Assembly: GCA_963707635.1 (NCBI GenBank)
Contig: OY970173.1
Span: forward strand, 768,001-832,000
Source of the DNA: Candidatus Latescibacterota bacterium
GTDB taxonomy: Bacteria; Krumholzibacteriota; Krumholzibacteriia; WVZY01; JAKEHA01
Reading direction: 5' to 3'
Length of the DNA stretch: 64,000 nucleotides
Part shown: positions 41,873 to 52,686 of the stretch, piece by piece
Position numbering within the stretch: the first letter of the stretch is position 1
How the letters are laid out: each line of letters opens with the position of its first letter
Notes under the pieces: generated by a model
Told to the model about the DNA's origin: nothing
The model's input: the letters and a program-made list of their open reading frames with translations, nothing else
Database searches by the model: none
Program-made: the position numbers and the translations under genes

Positions 41873-43055
41873 GATCGCTCGCTCGCGCCTGATCCGGCAC
41901 GCGCGGCTCCTCGTACCCCGGGGTGGGCAGCCGCAACGCGAAGCCGGGTATGACGGTGTTGGCGAGGGTGTAAACGACGAGCCCGCCGAAAATCGCCGGC
42001 GAAACGCCGAACCTCTCGCGGAGGATCTCGGCGATGATGAGGGTGAATACCAGCGTGGGCAGTATCGAAATCCCGATCCGCATCCCGACGCGAAATGATT
42101 CTCCGAGCATGACGCGCCGATGCAGGGCGACGAGGGCCATTCGGAAGGGAACCATCGTGGCGAGGAACGCGGCGCCAAGCATCAACGCCCCCACCCCGAA
42201 ATCGTCGCGCCGCAGGTGTAGCCCCGCACTGAAGAAGTAGAAAGGGACGAAGAAAGACGTGAACATCTCGACGGCGTGCACCATTTGCTCGGAGGTAATC
42301 GCGGGCAGGCGCTCACGGAATCGCTGCGCGGTAAGCCCGACGACGAACGCCCCGACGAGGTAGTAGACGCCGAGCCTTCTGGTCGCGAGGGCGCACAGGA
42401 CGGCGGTCATCAGCAGAAACGCGAACTCGGACTTGGGCGCGTAGGGCACCACCAGCCGCGCGAACGCGCGAAAGACGACGGGCAGGCCCGCGACGAGGGC
42501 GGCGAGCACGAGGGCTGAAATGGCGAGCTCCTTCACCGTCGATGATTGGAGCGTGACGAAGAGCACGGCCAGCGCAAGCAGCTCGGTCGCGATGGCCTTT
42601 GACTTGATCCAGAAGCGCTCCCGGTCCGTGACGCCGAGCGAATTGAGCGAATCGAGGATGAACCCGGTCGAGGGGGTCACGAGCGCCAGGGCGACGAGCG
42701 TCGCGGGGCGAACTGCCAGATCGAGCACCTTACACGCGAGGAAGGCGGTGCCAAGAATGGCGACCGCCTGGACCGCCAGGTGTTGAGTCAAGATCGACAC
42801 TTCCTGGCGAAGTTCGGCACGATTCACGTCGAGGCCCGCGAACAGGAACAGCGAAACGATTCCGAGCGTCGATAGCAACTGAATGGTGTGGTCTTGCTCG
42901 AAGAGGCCGAGTCCGATCCCGGCGAGGGCGCCGAGTCCCACGCTCGTCACGGCGGCTGGCAGGCGAAAGCGCTGCAGCACGCGCGGCACGACGAAAATCA
43001 AGAACAGGAGCGCGACGTACTGAAGCTCGGGCGGCAGCTTTTCGAAATACATCAT
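41865..43055 (-). CDS. Cation:proton antiporter (CPA2-like)
   Basis: LGIVSLFLFAGLD, LVGAFVVG, FFVPFYFFSAG; about 12 TM. Confidence 0.8.
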   Translation of the reverse strand: MMYFEKLPPELQYVALLFLIFVVPRVLQRFRLPAAVTSVGLGALAGIGLGLFEQDHTIQLLSTLGIVSLFLFAGLDVNRAELRQEVSILTQHLAVQAVAILGTAFLACKVLDLAVRPATLVALALVTPSTGFILDSLNSLGVTDRERFWIKSKAIATELLALAVLFVTLQSSTVKELAISALVLAALVAGLPVVFRAFARLVVPYAPKSEFAFLLMTAVLCALATRRLGVYYLVGAFVVGLTAQRFRERLPAITSEQMVHAVEMFTSFFVPFYFFSAGLHLRRDDFGVGALMLGAAFLATMVPFRMALVALHRRVMLGESFRVGMRIGISILPTLVFTLIIAEILRERFGVSPAIFGGLVVYTLANTVIPGFALRLPTPGYEEPRVPDQARASDHD

Positions 43056-43305
43056 GATATACCACGGAGCACGGCTTCACAGTACCCTGTCCCGAAGTCG
43101 GAGGCAAGCGACGGGCGGGAACGGGACCCTCACAGAATGTCGGACCACCGTGGCGATGCGGCAAACGCCGCGTGAATGAGGCCAACGTGGGAATACGCCT
43201 GCGGAAAGTTGCCCCACATGCGGGGGCTCAATTCGAGCGGGTGGTCGTGAATGTGGAATCCCGCCGGACTCCGCCATGCAGCCGTTGCGCCATGCGCCGC
43301 TAACG

Positions 43306-43339
43306 AATCGCCCCGCCCGATACGTCGGGCGGGGCGATT
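43306..43339. terminator. Strong hairpin downstream of the di-heme gene
   Basis: AATCGCCCCGCCCGA-TACG-TCGGGCGGGGCGATT perfect 15-bp stem. Confidence 0.7.
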
Positions 43340-43367
43340 TCGTTCAATGATCGCCCTGGAGGGCGAA

Positions 43368-44683
43368 CTACAGTGACTCGAGGAACGCCATCAGGGCCCT
43401 GCGGTCGCGAGAACCGAGCCTCGCGAAGTTCTTGCGGGCGTTACTCCCCTGACCATCATGCGCGAGGATCGCCGTTTCGGGCGTCGTCGCACGACCGTCG
43501 TGGAGGAACGTTGGCCGCGCCATCAGACCCCAGAGGGGCGCGGTCCGCATCTCACGAGCCCGGGCAGCGCCCTGGACAATGCCATCGCCCAGCTTGCCCA
43601 TGTCGTGCAGCAGGAAGTCCGAGTACGGGTGGAAGGTCTTGTTCGACAATGCCTGTACCGGACTGAGTCCCGTCTGGTGGGTAGGCGTATGACAGTGGGC
43701 GCAACCGGCGTTCTGGAACACCCTTTCGCCGGCCGCGGTCTGGCTGTTCGTGGGGCCCCGCGGAGGTGGGCCGAGGAAGGTCATGAAGTCCGTGAACAGA
43801 TCCACCCCTTCGCCGTCGTCGTTCAGGGCCGGTGCCGGGTTGAACTTCAACGCATCCGCGTCCCCCTGAGGCAGGTTCTCGTTCGGGAACTCCGGATTCG
43901 TGATTCCCATCTCGTTCAGGTAGGCGTCGCCGGAGAACTGGAACAACGTGGGGACCTGCGCTTTCCATCCGAAACGGCCGACGCGCATCGCGCCGGTGCG
44001 AATCTCCTTCACCATGTGGACCCTGCCCCGCGTGTCGCGGGGCTGGCGATTGGCCAGCGCCGTCAGCGCCTCGTCGGGGATGGCGTCCACCAATCCAAGA
44101 CCGAAGAGCGACGTGGTGTTTCGGAGAGCGGTCTGGTTCGCTCGTCGCGGCACGATCTCGGGTACGAACGTGAAGAACCCGGAGGATCGCCGGCCGGATC
44201 TCGATCGGTGCGGACCTTGCCGATCGCCTGATCCTGCATGAGCGAGCCGCCGAACCGGTCGAGGGGATCGAACTTCCCCTGCTCCCACTTGCCGAACCGG
44301 GTCTCGAGCCGCCCGTTGGTACCGCCGATGGGGGCATCGTGGCAATCGACGCACCCGGCCTCGTTGAATACCGGACCCAGCCCGTCCTCGACGGTCTCGA
44401 TCTCCTGGAAGTCCTCTCGGCCTGCCTCGAAACGCGCGAGCTCTTCCGGAGTCAGCCCCGCGATCGGCCCTCCCAGAGTCGTGGCCATCGCGGGACCGCC
44501 GGGGTCAGTGGAGTTGGACAACAGATCCGTCTCGCGCGTCGGCGGCGTCAGCGGCGCGGTGCTGTCCCGCTCACACCCGGCGAGTGCGATCATCGCCAGC
44601 AGGGCAAGCGCGCCGCGGGCGGTCAGGCGCGTGGACGGTGAACAGAGCACACCCTGTCTTCTGAACTGCGTTGGTGGATACAC
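43368..44683 (-). CDS. Di-heme oxidoreductase (DHOR)-family lipoprotein, frameshift near 44190-44215
   Basis: Lipobox LAGC; GLGPVFN, CVDCH and CAHCH; GRFGWKA; RTAPLWG; LHDGRA. Confidence 0.85.
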
Positions 44684-44704
44684 CGGGGCACCTCCTTGGT
44701 GCGG

Positions 44705-44829
44705 AAGAAATGCACAAAGTTCGCCCGGGCGGCTTGACTCAAAGACGCGAAGTTCGCCCGGTGGGGGCCAAAGAAATCAACGAAGAGCGCCCGGAGGGAG
44801 CTTGAAGAAATCCACGAAGTTCGCCCCGG
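44705..44829. repeat. Four ~33-bp-spaced direct repeats (consensus AAGAAATnCACGAAGTTCGCCCGG)
   Basis: AAGTTCGCCCGG-like core at 44717, 44750, 44783, 44817. Confidence 0.75.
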
Positions 44830-44936
44830 GAAGGGGTCTACCGGAAAGGGGCCTAGAGGTTGCCACAGTGGTTGTCACGCGTCAAGTAGAATGTCGTCAC
44901 CGTGCAAGCAGATCTGGCGCCAGGATGCGTTGTGAT

Positions 44937-44993
44937 GCAGCGAGCGTCTGACGGAGCGTCACATCGCGGAAGCAGTGGGTATCGGGGGCGTGA
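44937..44993 (+). pseudogene. comM: comM extreme 3' remnant
   Basis: AGCGAGCGTCTGACGGAGCGTCACATCGCGGAAGCAGTGGGTATCGGGG = SERLTERHIAEAVG(Y)RG. Confidence 0.75.
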
Positions 44994-45017
44994 AACAAGG
45001 TTGTCGTCACGACGGAT

Positions 45018-46688
45018 CTACCGCACGAGCAGGAGCTTCCTCGAGCGCTCGAGCGTCTGGCCCCCCAGTCCCACGGCGCGCAAGCGGCAGAAATAGAGCC
45101 CGGATGGCGCTGGAGTTCCGGCGTCGTCGAAGCCGTTCCAAACCGCGTTGTGCACTCCGGCCCCCTCATCCCGGCGCACCAGCGTGCGCACCCGATGCCC
45201 GGCGACATCGTAGACATCGATCTCCACGCTCGCCGCTTGAGGGAGACTGTACGAGAGCTGTGTGTTGGCCGCGAACGGATTCGGCGCGTTCTGTGCGAGC
45301 GCATGATCGACCACTGGGGTCGGCTCGGTGACGGCGGTCGGTGCGCTCCATGGAATGCAGAATCGCGCGACCGCGCCGTTCGGGGACGGGACCATCAGAC
45401 GATCGACGCTGGTCGCACCGGCGCTGCTCAGGTCAACGCTCGGATCCCACGCCGCGGCGGTCCCGACGGGTGCCGGCGACTCAGGCGTCCCACCGGCGAT
45501 GTCAATCTGCTGGACATACCCATCATCCCGTCCGACGTAGGCCTTGTTGAGTCCAGGCGCCACCGCGGGTGGGGTGACGAACGAGTTCCCACCCCCGGCG
45601 TTGACCGGCGGCCAGAGTGGAACGCCTGCAGTGCTGCCGTCCTGCACGCCGTGGAGTACTCCGGACGTGTCTACAAAGAACACCCGAGTGGGCAAGGGGG
45701 ATCGAAACTCGACCCACGGGCTGCGCAGGAGTGGCGCGCTGCTCGCGTAGGTCCATAGGAGCACTCCATTCCCAAAGCCGTCGCCATCTGGAGCCCACTT
45801 CTGGAGCGTACCGTCGATCGAGGCTGCGTACAACTCACCCGCACCGAACTGCGGCCGGCTCAGAATGGAGCCCGCATTGGCCGCCCACGCTGGCGCGCCG
45901 TTCAGGCTGCCAATCGCCCACAGGGTGGGCAGGCCAGGCGCGACCTGATCTTGATTCGTTCCGCAGTACAGACGATTGGAAGCGTAGTCGATGGCGCAGC
46001 TTTCGCTGCCGTAGTCCATCGAATAGCTGCCGGTATTATTGAATGTCCACTTGAGCGAGAGGTCGGACGCGTAGTAGGCCCGGATCCGATTCTTGGTGGA
46101 GCCCAAGTAGCAGCCGTCTGAGGGCACAGCCGAGTTGCCATTGTGCGTCATGACGAACACGAGATCATCCGGATGGCCGCGCAGCGTCATGATCGTGCTT
46201 TGGAACGTGGAGTTCGACGCCGCGTAGAGCTGCACCGCTGGCGTCGCGGTGATACGATCCGCCGTGCAGACGGCACGTCTGGTGTCCACACTCTTCGCCG
46301 TCAGGCCGGTTGCGACGTCTATTTTGTAGAGGAAGCCGTCGCTCCCTCCGACGAACAGGTACTCGAGGCCGTTGCTGAGCAAGACCGGCGAAGGAAAGTT
46401 CTCGATGGTGGTACCTGCCGACCACGTCCAGGCGACAGCTCCGCCGGTATGGACGGGCGGACCAGCGCCGGTCTCGTTCCACACCGCGTAGACCGTGGGG
46501 CCGTAGGCAAAGAAACTGAGCCCGGCGCCGAAGGGCGTGTCGGAGGCGACCTGCGTGATGGTGCTCGGAAGCTGCTCCGGAAGCTGCCATAGCGGAGCGG
46601 GCGGGCATGTTTGCGCGGCCGAGATTCCGGATGACGCTACGCCGGCAGCGATGGTGACCCAGACGAGGCGCGCACACGTTCGTCTCAT
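45018..46688 (-). CDS. Secreted PQQ-like beta-propeller protein with FlgD-Ig/secretion tail
   Basis: Signal peptide; propeller repeats; QNAPNPF...RKLLLVR. Confidence 0.82.
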   Translation of the reverse strand: MRRTCARLVWVTIAAGVASSGISAAQTCPPAPLWQLPEQLPSTITQVASDTPFGAGLSFFAYGPTVYAVWNETGAGPPVHTGGAVAWTWSAGTTIENFPSPVLLSNGLEYLFVGGSDGFLYKIDVATGLTAKSVDTRRAVCTADRITATPAVQLYAASNSTFQSTIMTLRGHPDDLVFVMTHNGNSAVPSDGCYLGSTKNRIRAYYASDLSLKWTFNNTGSYSMDYGSESCAIDYASNRLYCGTNQDQVAPGLPTLWAIGSLNGAPAWAANAGSILSRPQFGAGELYAASIDGTLQKWAPDGDGFGNGVLLWTYASSAPLLRSPWVEFRSPLPTRVFFVDTSGVLHGVQDGSTAGVPLWPPVNAGGGNSFVTPPAVAPGLNKAYVGRDDGYVQQIDIAGGTPESPAPVGTAAAWDPSVDLSSAGATSVDRLMVPSPNGAVARFCIPWSAPTAVTEPTPVVDHALAQNAPNPFAANTQLSYSLPQAASVEIDVYDVAGHRVRTLVRRDEGAGVHNAVWNGFDDAGTPAPSGLYFCRLRAVGLGGQTLERSRKLLLVR

Positions 46689-46761
46689 TGCCGTCCTCCA
46701 AGGGGATATTGTCACGCTGATGGTAACCATCCGTCGAGAACGACTCAACAACAATTCTGAC

Positions 46762-46992
46762 AACGACGATGATCTACACCCACGTTCTGAACAAGGGCCG
46801 GCTTGGAGTGAAGAGCCCGCTGGACCGGTGACAACGAATGCGTCGCAGCGCATATCTTGTTAGGCTACGAGTTGCGCTGTACTATTTGCAGGCCGCGAGC
46901 CGAAGGGAAGGCAAGGTCTGGCGTTATGATTGAGCCTATGTGGTTGGACTGCGGACGGGCAGCGTACAGGATCAATAGCAGACTAGTTGGGG
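46762..46992 (+). repeat. intI 3' tail + attI-like module, copy R5
   Basis: [22 protein letters not shown], same spacer, ends AATAGCAGACTA-GTTGGGG. Confidence 0.75.
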
Positions 46993-47001
46993 GAGGACAT
47001 T

Positions 47002-47451
47002 ATGATTGAAGCGCAGAGAACGACGACTCCGGGGAGACCGTGGCATTTGTGGTTGATCGGGATTGTCGGAGGCCTGTGGAGTTCGATCGGTGTGCTGTCC
47101 TTCATGCTCACTCAGATGAACGTCGAAGCTGTCATGAGCCGGTTTCCTCCGCAGCAGCGCGAGTACTTCGAATCGTTTCCGCTGTGGGCCGTCGCGTTCT
47201 GGGCGATCGGCGTGTTCGGTGGCGTGTTCGGGTGCCTTCTGTTGCTTCTGAAGAACCGCCTCGCGTATCATGTCTTGCTCGCCTCAGTGATCGGAGCGAT
47301 CGTTTACAATCTCGGCGGCTTGTTTCTTCTTGGCGGGATGAAGGTGATGCGCGAAACGGGTGGGTTGGGTCTCACCGTACTCCCCATTATCTTTGCCGCA
47401 TTCCTGGCGTATTACGCTCGTGCGATGAGCAAGAAGGGTGTGCCCAGCTAG
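47002..47451 (+). CDS. Membrane protein (sugar-transporter-like small family), cassette-type
   Basis: PWHLWLIG...PLWAVAFWAIGVFGG; GGAGG RBS. Confidence 0.75.
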   Translation: MIEAQRTTTPGRPWHLWLIGIVGGLWSSIGVLSFMLTQMNVEAVMSRFPPQQREYFESFPLWAVAFWAIGVFGGVFGCLLLLLKNRLAYHVLLASVIGAIVYNLGGLFLLGGMKVMRETGGLGLTVLPIIFAAFLAYYARAMSKKGVPS

Positions 47452-47500
47452 CCTCGCTACGACGACAGAACGCATCTTGGTTCACTACACGCCTACGAAA

Positions 47501-47986
47501 ATGAAGAGTATGAAAATGCACAAACCAGTCTTTACCGAAACGATGCAGATCGGGATCGTGGTGCGCGACCTCGATGCGACGATGCGAAGATACGTTGATA
47601 ACTACGGGATCGGTCCGTGGCAGGTCCATCAGTTCAAGCGTGAAGACGTCAAAGAGTGGTTTGAGCATGGCCAGCCGCTTGAGCCCTCGACGCGCATCGC
47701 TACCGCTATGGTTGGCCACATGCAATGGGAGCTGATCCAGCCGCTCGACGATAAGAGCATCTTTGCGCGGTTCCTTGCTGAGAAGGGAGAAGGCGTGCAT
47801 CATATCGCCGTCGCTACGATGAACTTCGACGAGACGCTCGAGGCGGAGGCGAAGCGAGGGAACGATTTGGTCCTTAGCTGCGAGTTGAGCGGCAAGTTCA
47901 GCGGCATAAAGGTCGCTTACCTCGGCACCCAGAGCGATCTTGGAGTGATCCTCGAGATCTTCAACGATCTGCCCAAAGGCAAATAG
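47501..47986 (+). CDS. VOC family (methylmalonyl-CoA epimerase-like) protein
   Basis: QIGIVVRDLD, ELIQP, GEGVHHIA. Confidence 0.85.
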   Translation: MKSMKMHKPVFTETMQIGIVVRDLDATMRRYVDNYGIGPWQVHQFKREDVKEWFEHGQPLEPSTRIATAMVGHMQWELIQPLDDKSIFARFLAEKGEGVHHIAVATMNFDETLEAEAKRGNDLVLSCELSGKFSGIKVAYLGTQSDLGVILEIFNDLPKGK

Positions 47987-48077
47987 AAGCTTGCCGCGAG
48001 CTGTTCAGCGGACGTCGTCTAATTCGCGTGCGTCAGCCTGGCGAGGAGTTGTGGCTGCCGGCGCGTTGCGGGTACGC

Positions 48078-48864
48078 ATGGATGCACGATCATCATTGAG
48101 AACCGAAAGATACGGACCCCTCGAGGACCAGGTGGGAGATCTGTATCTTCCGGCGAATCCGTGGCCACAAGTGGTCTGCCTTCTGCACGGAGGATTCTGG
48201 CGAATGCCACATGGCCGGGACCAGATGACATCCATCGCTCAGGACCTTGCATGTCGTGGTTTTGCAGTCTGGAATCTGGAGTACCGTCGCCTGGGAGCAT
48301 CCGCTGGCGGATGGCCGGGCACCTTCGACGATGCGATCGCGGGCATCGAGCATCTCGCCAGTCTTGTCTCTGCCGGAATTGACCTCGACCTCGATCGCAT
48401 CGCCATCGTTGGCCATTCCGCTGGAGGACAACTGGCATTGTGGTCGGCGGCGCGCAAACGAGGTGCCCGGAAGGGCGGGACAGCGGAACGAATTCGAGAT
48501 CAGGGCAGCAGTCGGTCTGGCTCCGGTGGCTGACCTCGTTCGTGCCTACGAGTTGAATCTCGGTGGAGGCGCCGTCGCGGAACTTCTGGGCGGAACACCG
48601 ACCGACCAGGCTGTGCGCTACCAGGCAGCCTCCCCTCGCGCGATGCTGCCGTTGGACGTATTGCAACTCGTCATCCATGGCACCGCCGACGATATCGTTC
48701 CTGTCGAGATCGCCCGCAGCTACACACAAGCAGCCCGAAGTGCTGGTGACAGGGTCGAGTTGGTGGAGTTGTCCGACACAGGTCACATGGATTATCTCGA
48801 CCCGTCCAGCGCAGCCCATGCAGCTCTTTGCGACTGGCTTGCCCGGAACTCGAGCGGGCGTTAG
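48078..48864 (+). CDS. Alpha/beta hydrolase, frameshift near 48495
   Basis: HGGFW, GHSAGG, HGTADDIVP, GHMD in two frames. Confidence 0.8.
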
Positions 48865-48882
48865 ACCGCAGACGAAATAACA

Positions 48883-49617
48883 ATGACCGACTGGTTCCAG
48901 ACCTTGGTCGCCACGACCGCTCTCCCGATGGGTGCCGCAACAGACCTGGAAAAGAGGGGCTTCGTCGTACTCCCCGAGGCGGTGCCGTCGATCCGGTTGG
49001 ACCGCCTTTCCAACGCATATGACGCCGCGGTGGAGTCCGCGCGGGGGGACGACATCAGGGTTGGCACCACGTCCACGCGGGTGACCGATTTCGTCAACCG
49101 CGGTCCGGAGTTTGACGAAGTCTACCTGTATCCGCCGCTGCTTCAGGCCTGCTGCAACGTCATAGGCGCTCCCTTCAAACTGAGTTCGTTGCAGGCGAGG
49201 ACACTCCACGCGGGCGCGCCCGGCCAAGGGTTGCACGTAGATGTGGATCGCCTGTCCGCCGACTGGCCGCTTCTGGGTTTCATCTTGATGGTCGACGAAT
49301 TCCGGCCGGACAACGGGGCGACCCGCTTCGTGCCGGGGTCGCACAGGCGGGCCGATATTCTGGCCGGGGGTATTCCGGAGACCGCGCTCGTCGATGCCGA
49401 GCAGGTTCCGGCGTGCGGCGCCGCGGGCTCACTGCTCGTCTTCAACGGGTCTACGTGGCATGGGCACGGTACGAATATCTCGAGCGCGCCACGGCGGTCG
49501 CTCCAAGGCGCCTACATTCCCCGGGGTGGCCGCGCGGGAACCGCTTTCGGGTCTCGCATGCAACCGGCAACACGCGCCCGCCTCATCCCGCTGGCGCAGT
49601 ACTTACTCGCGCTCTGA
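48883..49617 (+). CDS. Phytanoyl-CoA dioxygenase (PhyH) family protein
   Basis: LHVD, NGATRFVPGSH, WHG. Confidence 0.85.
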   Translation: MTDWFQTLVATTALPMGAATDLEKRGFVVLPEAVPSIRLDRLSNAYDAAVESARGDDIRVGTTSTRVTDFVNRGPEFDEVYLYPPLLQACCNVIGAPFKLSSLQARTLHAGAPGQGLHVDVDRLSADWPLLGFILMVDEFRPDNGATRFVPGSHRRADILAGGIPETALVDAEQVPACGAAGSLLVFNGSTWHGHGTNISSAPRRSLQGAYIPRGGRAGTAFGSRMQPATRARLIPLAQYLLAL

Positions 49618-49665
49618 CATCCGGGGCTGCAGGGCCACAGGAGGCTCATGCCAGGCGGACGATGG

Positions 49666-49731
49666 TCTTGTTGGGCTGCGGGTGGCGCAGTACAATCTGC
49701 AGTCTGCGGGCGGCCCGGTCCGTCGTTAGGC
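49666..49731 (+). repeat. Partial attI-like module, copy R6
   Basis: TCTTGTTGGGCTGCGGGTGGCGCAGTACAATCTGCAG...GTTAGGC. Confidence 0.6.
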
Positions 49732-49779
49732 TGCAGCGTTTGAGCGCAATCCGCCAGGTTGCAGACAACAAGGAGACGC

Positions 49780-50181
49780 ATGCCACTACTCGTCGGAGCA
49801 TTACTGGCACTTGCAGTCGGGTTGTTCGCCTCGGGCGTCGGCCTGGACCGGGAACGGGGCTTCTATCCGACAGTCACCATCGTCATCGCGTTGTACTATG
49901 CTTTGTTTGCGGTCATGGGCGCATCCACTCAGACGCTTGTACTCGAGTCCCTGGTCGCCACTGCATTCCTTTCAGCCGCGGCGCTGGGCTTCAGATCGTC
50001 ACTTTGGCTGGTTGTGGGAGCACTTGCGGCGCATGGCATTTTCGATCTCATCCATGGTCGAGTCATCAGCAATCCGGGAGTTCCAGTTTGGTGGCCCCAT
50101 TTCTGCCTCACGTACGACGTTGCGGCAGCTGGGTATCTCGCGTGGTTGCTCAAGCGCGGACGCCTTCGTTCGGCAACCTGA
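49780..50181 (+). CDS. Membrane protein
   Basis: AGGAG RBS; 4-5 TM; HGIFD...WWPHFCLTYD. Confidence 0.75.
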   Translation: MPLLVGALLALAVGLFASGVGLDRERGFYPTVTIVIALYYALFAVMGASTQTLVLESLVATAFLSAAALGFRSSLWLVVGALAAHGIFDLIHGRVISNPGVPVWWPHFCLTYDVAAAGYLAWLLKRGRLRSAT

Positions 50182-50217
50182 CTTGCGTTTGAACGTCAGA
50201 GAACGGAGCACATTGCC

Positions 50218-51195
<978 letters not shown>

Positions 51196-51223
51196 CCGCG
51201 CCACGGGGCGGGGAGGTAGAAAC

Positions 51224-51622
51224 ATGAAGAACGTTGCGAACTCCCGATTCACCATCAAGAGCTGGGATGAGAAGCCTTATAGTGAGGGCCAGGACCTGCC
51301 AAAGCTGACTCGGGCCGCCGTCATCAAGACGTTCACCGGCGATATCGCGGGTGAGGGGCATGTCGAATACTTGATGATGTACCGCAGCGACGGCTCGGCC
51401 GCCTTTGTCGGCCTCGAGCGGGTTGTCGGGCAGCTAGCAGGGAAAGCCGGCAGCTTCATACTCCAGCGCACTGGAGTATTCGAGAACGGCTTGGCGAAGG
51501 AGTCCTTTTCCGTCATCCCTGGCTCCGGCACGGAAGAGCTTCGAGACTTGCGCGGCGAGGGCACATCGGCTGTCGGGCACGGGGCCGAGCACCCGCTAAC
51601 GCTGAACTACGAGTTGGACTAG
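51224..51622 (+). CDS. DUF3224 protein
   Basis: KTFTGDI, GSFILQ, VIPGSGT. Confidence 0.85.
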   Translation: MKNVANSRFTIKSWDEKPYSEGQDLPKLTRAAVIKTFTGDIAGEGHVEYLMMYRSDGSAAFVGLERVVGQLAGKAGSFILQRTGVFENGLAKESFSVIPGSGTEELRDLRGEGTSAVGHGAEHPLTLNYELD

Positions 51623-51675
51623 CCCGCACATCGGATTCATGGCGCTCGTTGCAGTGAGCAGGCGTTTGATGGCCA

Positions 51676-52188
51676 ATGAATCAACTGCGTGAAAGTCTCC
51701 TTCAGGCCTGGGCCACCAACAACCGCACGACGGTCTTCCTGGTCGAGAACCTGCCTCCGGGCCTGTGGACGGCTGCTGTCCCCGGCGCACCCCGGCGCAC
51801 GGTCCGCATGATCGCGGGGCACATTCACAACGCGCGCTGCATGTGGATCCGGACATTGGGGCGGCAGCACGGCATCTCTGTGCCAGCGGTCGTCGATCGA
51901 CGCCGGGTGAACCGTACGCAACTGATCGCGGCCTTGAAGCGCAGTGACCGCGGGATCGCGGCTCTGCTCGACCTCGGGTGCGAACGGAACGGGCGGATCC
52001 CGCCCACAGCGGCGTACGCCTGGCGCAATCTCCCGCTCGACGTGGGGCACGTGCTGGCGTACTTCGTGGCTCACGAAGGCCATCACCGGGGCCAGATTGT
52101 GATGTTGGCAAGGCTGCTGGGCCATCGGCTCCCGACGCCCGTCACGAATGGCCTGTGGCAATGGACGAAGCGGAGCGCCGAGACGTGA
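51676..52188 (+). CDS. DinB family protein
   Basis: HIHNAR, HEGHHRGQ. Confidence 0.85.
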   Translation: MNQLRESLLQAWATNNRTTVFLVENLPPGLWTAAVPGAPRRTVRMIAGHIHNARCMWIRTLGRQHGISVPAVVDRRRVNRTQLIAALKRSDRGIAALLDLGCERNGRIPPTAAYAWRNLPLDVGHVLAYFVAHEGHHRGQIVMLARLLGHRLPTPVTNGLWQWTKRSAET

Positions 52189-52213
52189 GAAGTCGCGGAC
52201 GAATCCATCGGGC

Positions 52214-52492
52214 ATGTTGAAGTACCCGAGCGCGTTCCTTCCCGTGGCAATGTCCTTCGGTGCCCTTGCGACCGTGCTGATTTTCCTGGCCGCGCATGGG
52301 GCGGCGCCACAGGCGGATGAGGGTGCAGCTGCTCACATCTGGCAGATCCTGATGGCTGCGCAGGCGCCCATCGTGTTGTACTTCGCGATCAAGTGGGTGC
52401 CGAAGTCACCACGGCAGGCTGTGCTCATCCTGGCACTGCAGGTCGGCGCGGCGCTGGCAGCGATGGCGCCCGTTTTCCTGCTCCACTGGTAG
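52214..52492 (+). CDS. Small membrane protein
   Basis: DEGAAAHIWQILM; 3 TM. Confidence 0.7.
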   Translation: MLKYPSAFLPVAMSFGALATVLIFLAAHGAAPQADEGAAAHIWQILMAAQAPIVLYFAIKWVPKSPRQAVLILALQVGAALAAMAPVFLLHW

Positions 52493-52686
52493 GGATAGCG
52501 CGCGAATGTTCGCAATTGGATCACGCTACGTTTCCGGCCCAGATTCAGCGGTATTCCAGAGCTATCGGGGAACTTTGTGAGAGCGCGATGAGAACCGGGG
52601 CCCGGGTAGCGCTTGATGAATGCCCTGGTCGTTGTCATGATGTCTCGGTACTCTGAACGAGAAAGTGGTCTCTAAGGGAGTTCACC

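Larger units (their letters stand above)
5898..44993 (+). mobile_element. Tandem array of comM-targeted integrative cassettes (comM 3' fragment + cargo + att arm), recombinase not present in window
   Basis: Repeated comM 3' copies all start at the same GAACCCCTG core; complete copies are preceded by a conserved non-comM arm and separated by unrelated cargo. Confidence 0.75.

Noticed and set aside
44705..44829. Possible CRISPR array
   Set aside because: The 33-bp period leaves about 10-bp spacers, the repeats are degenerate and no cas genes are present.
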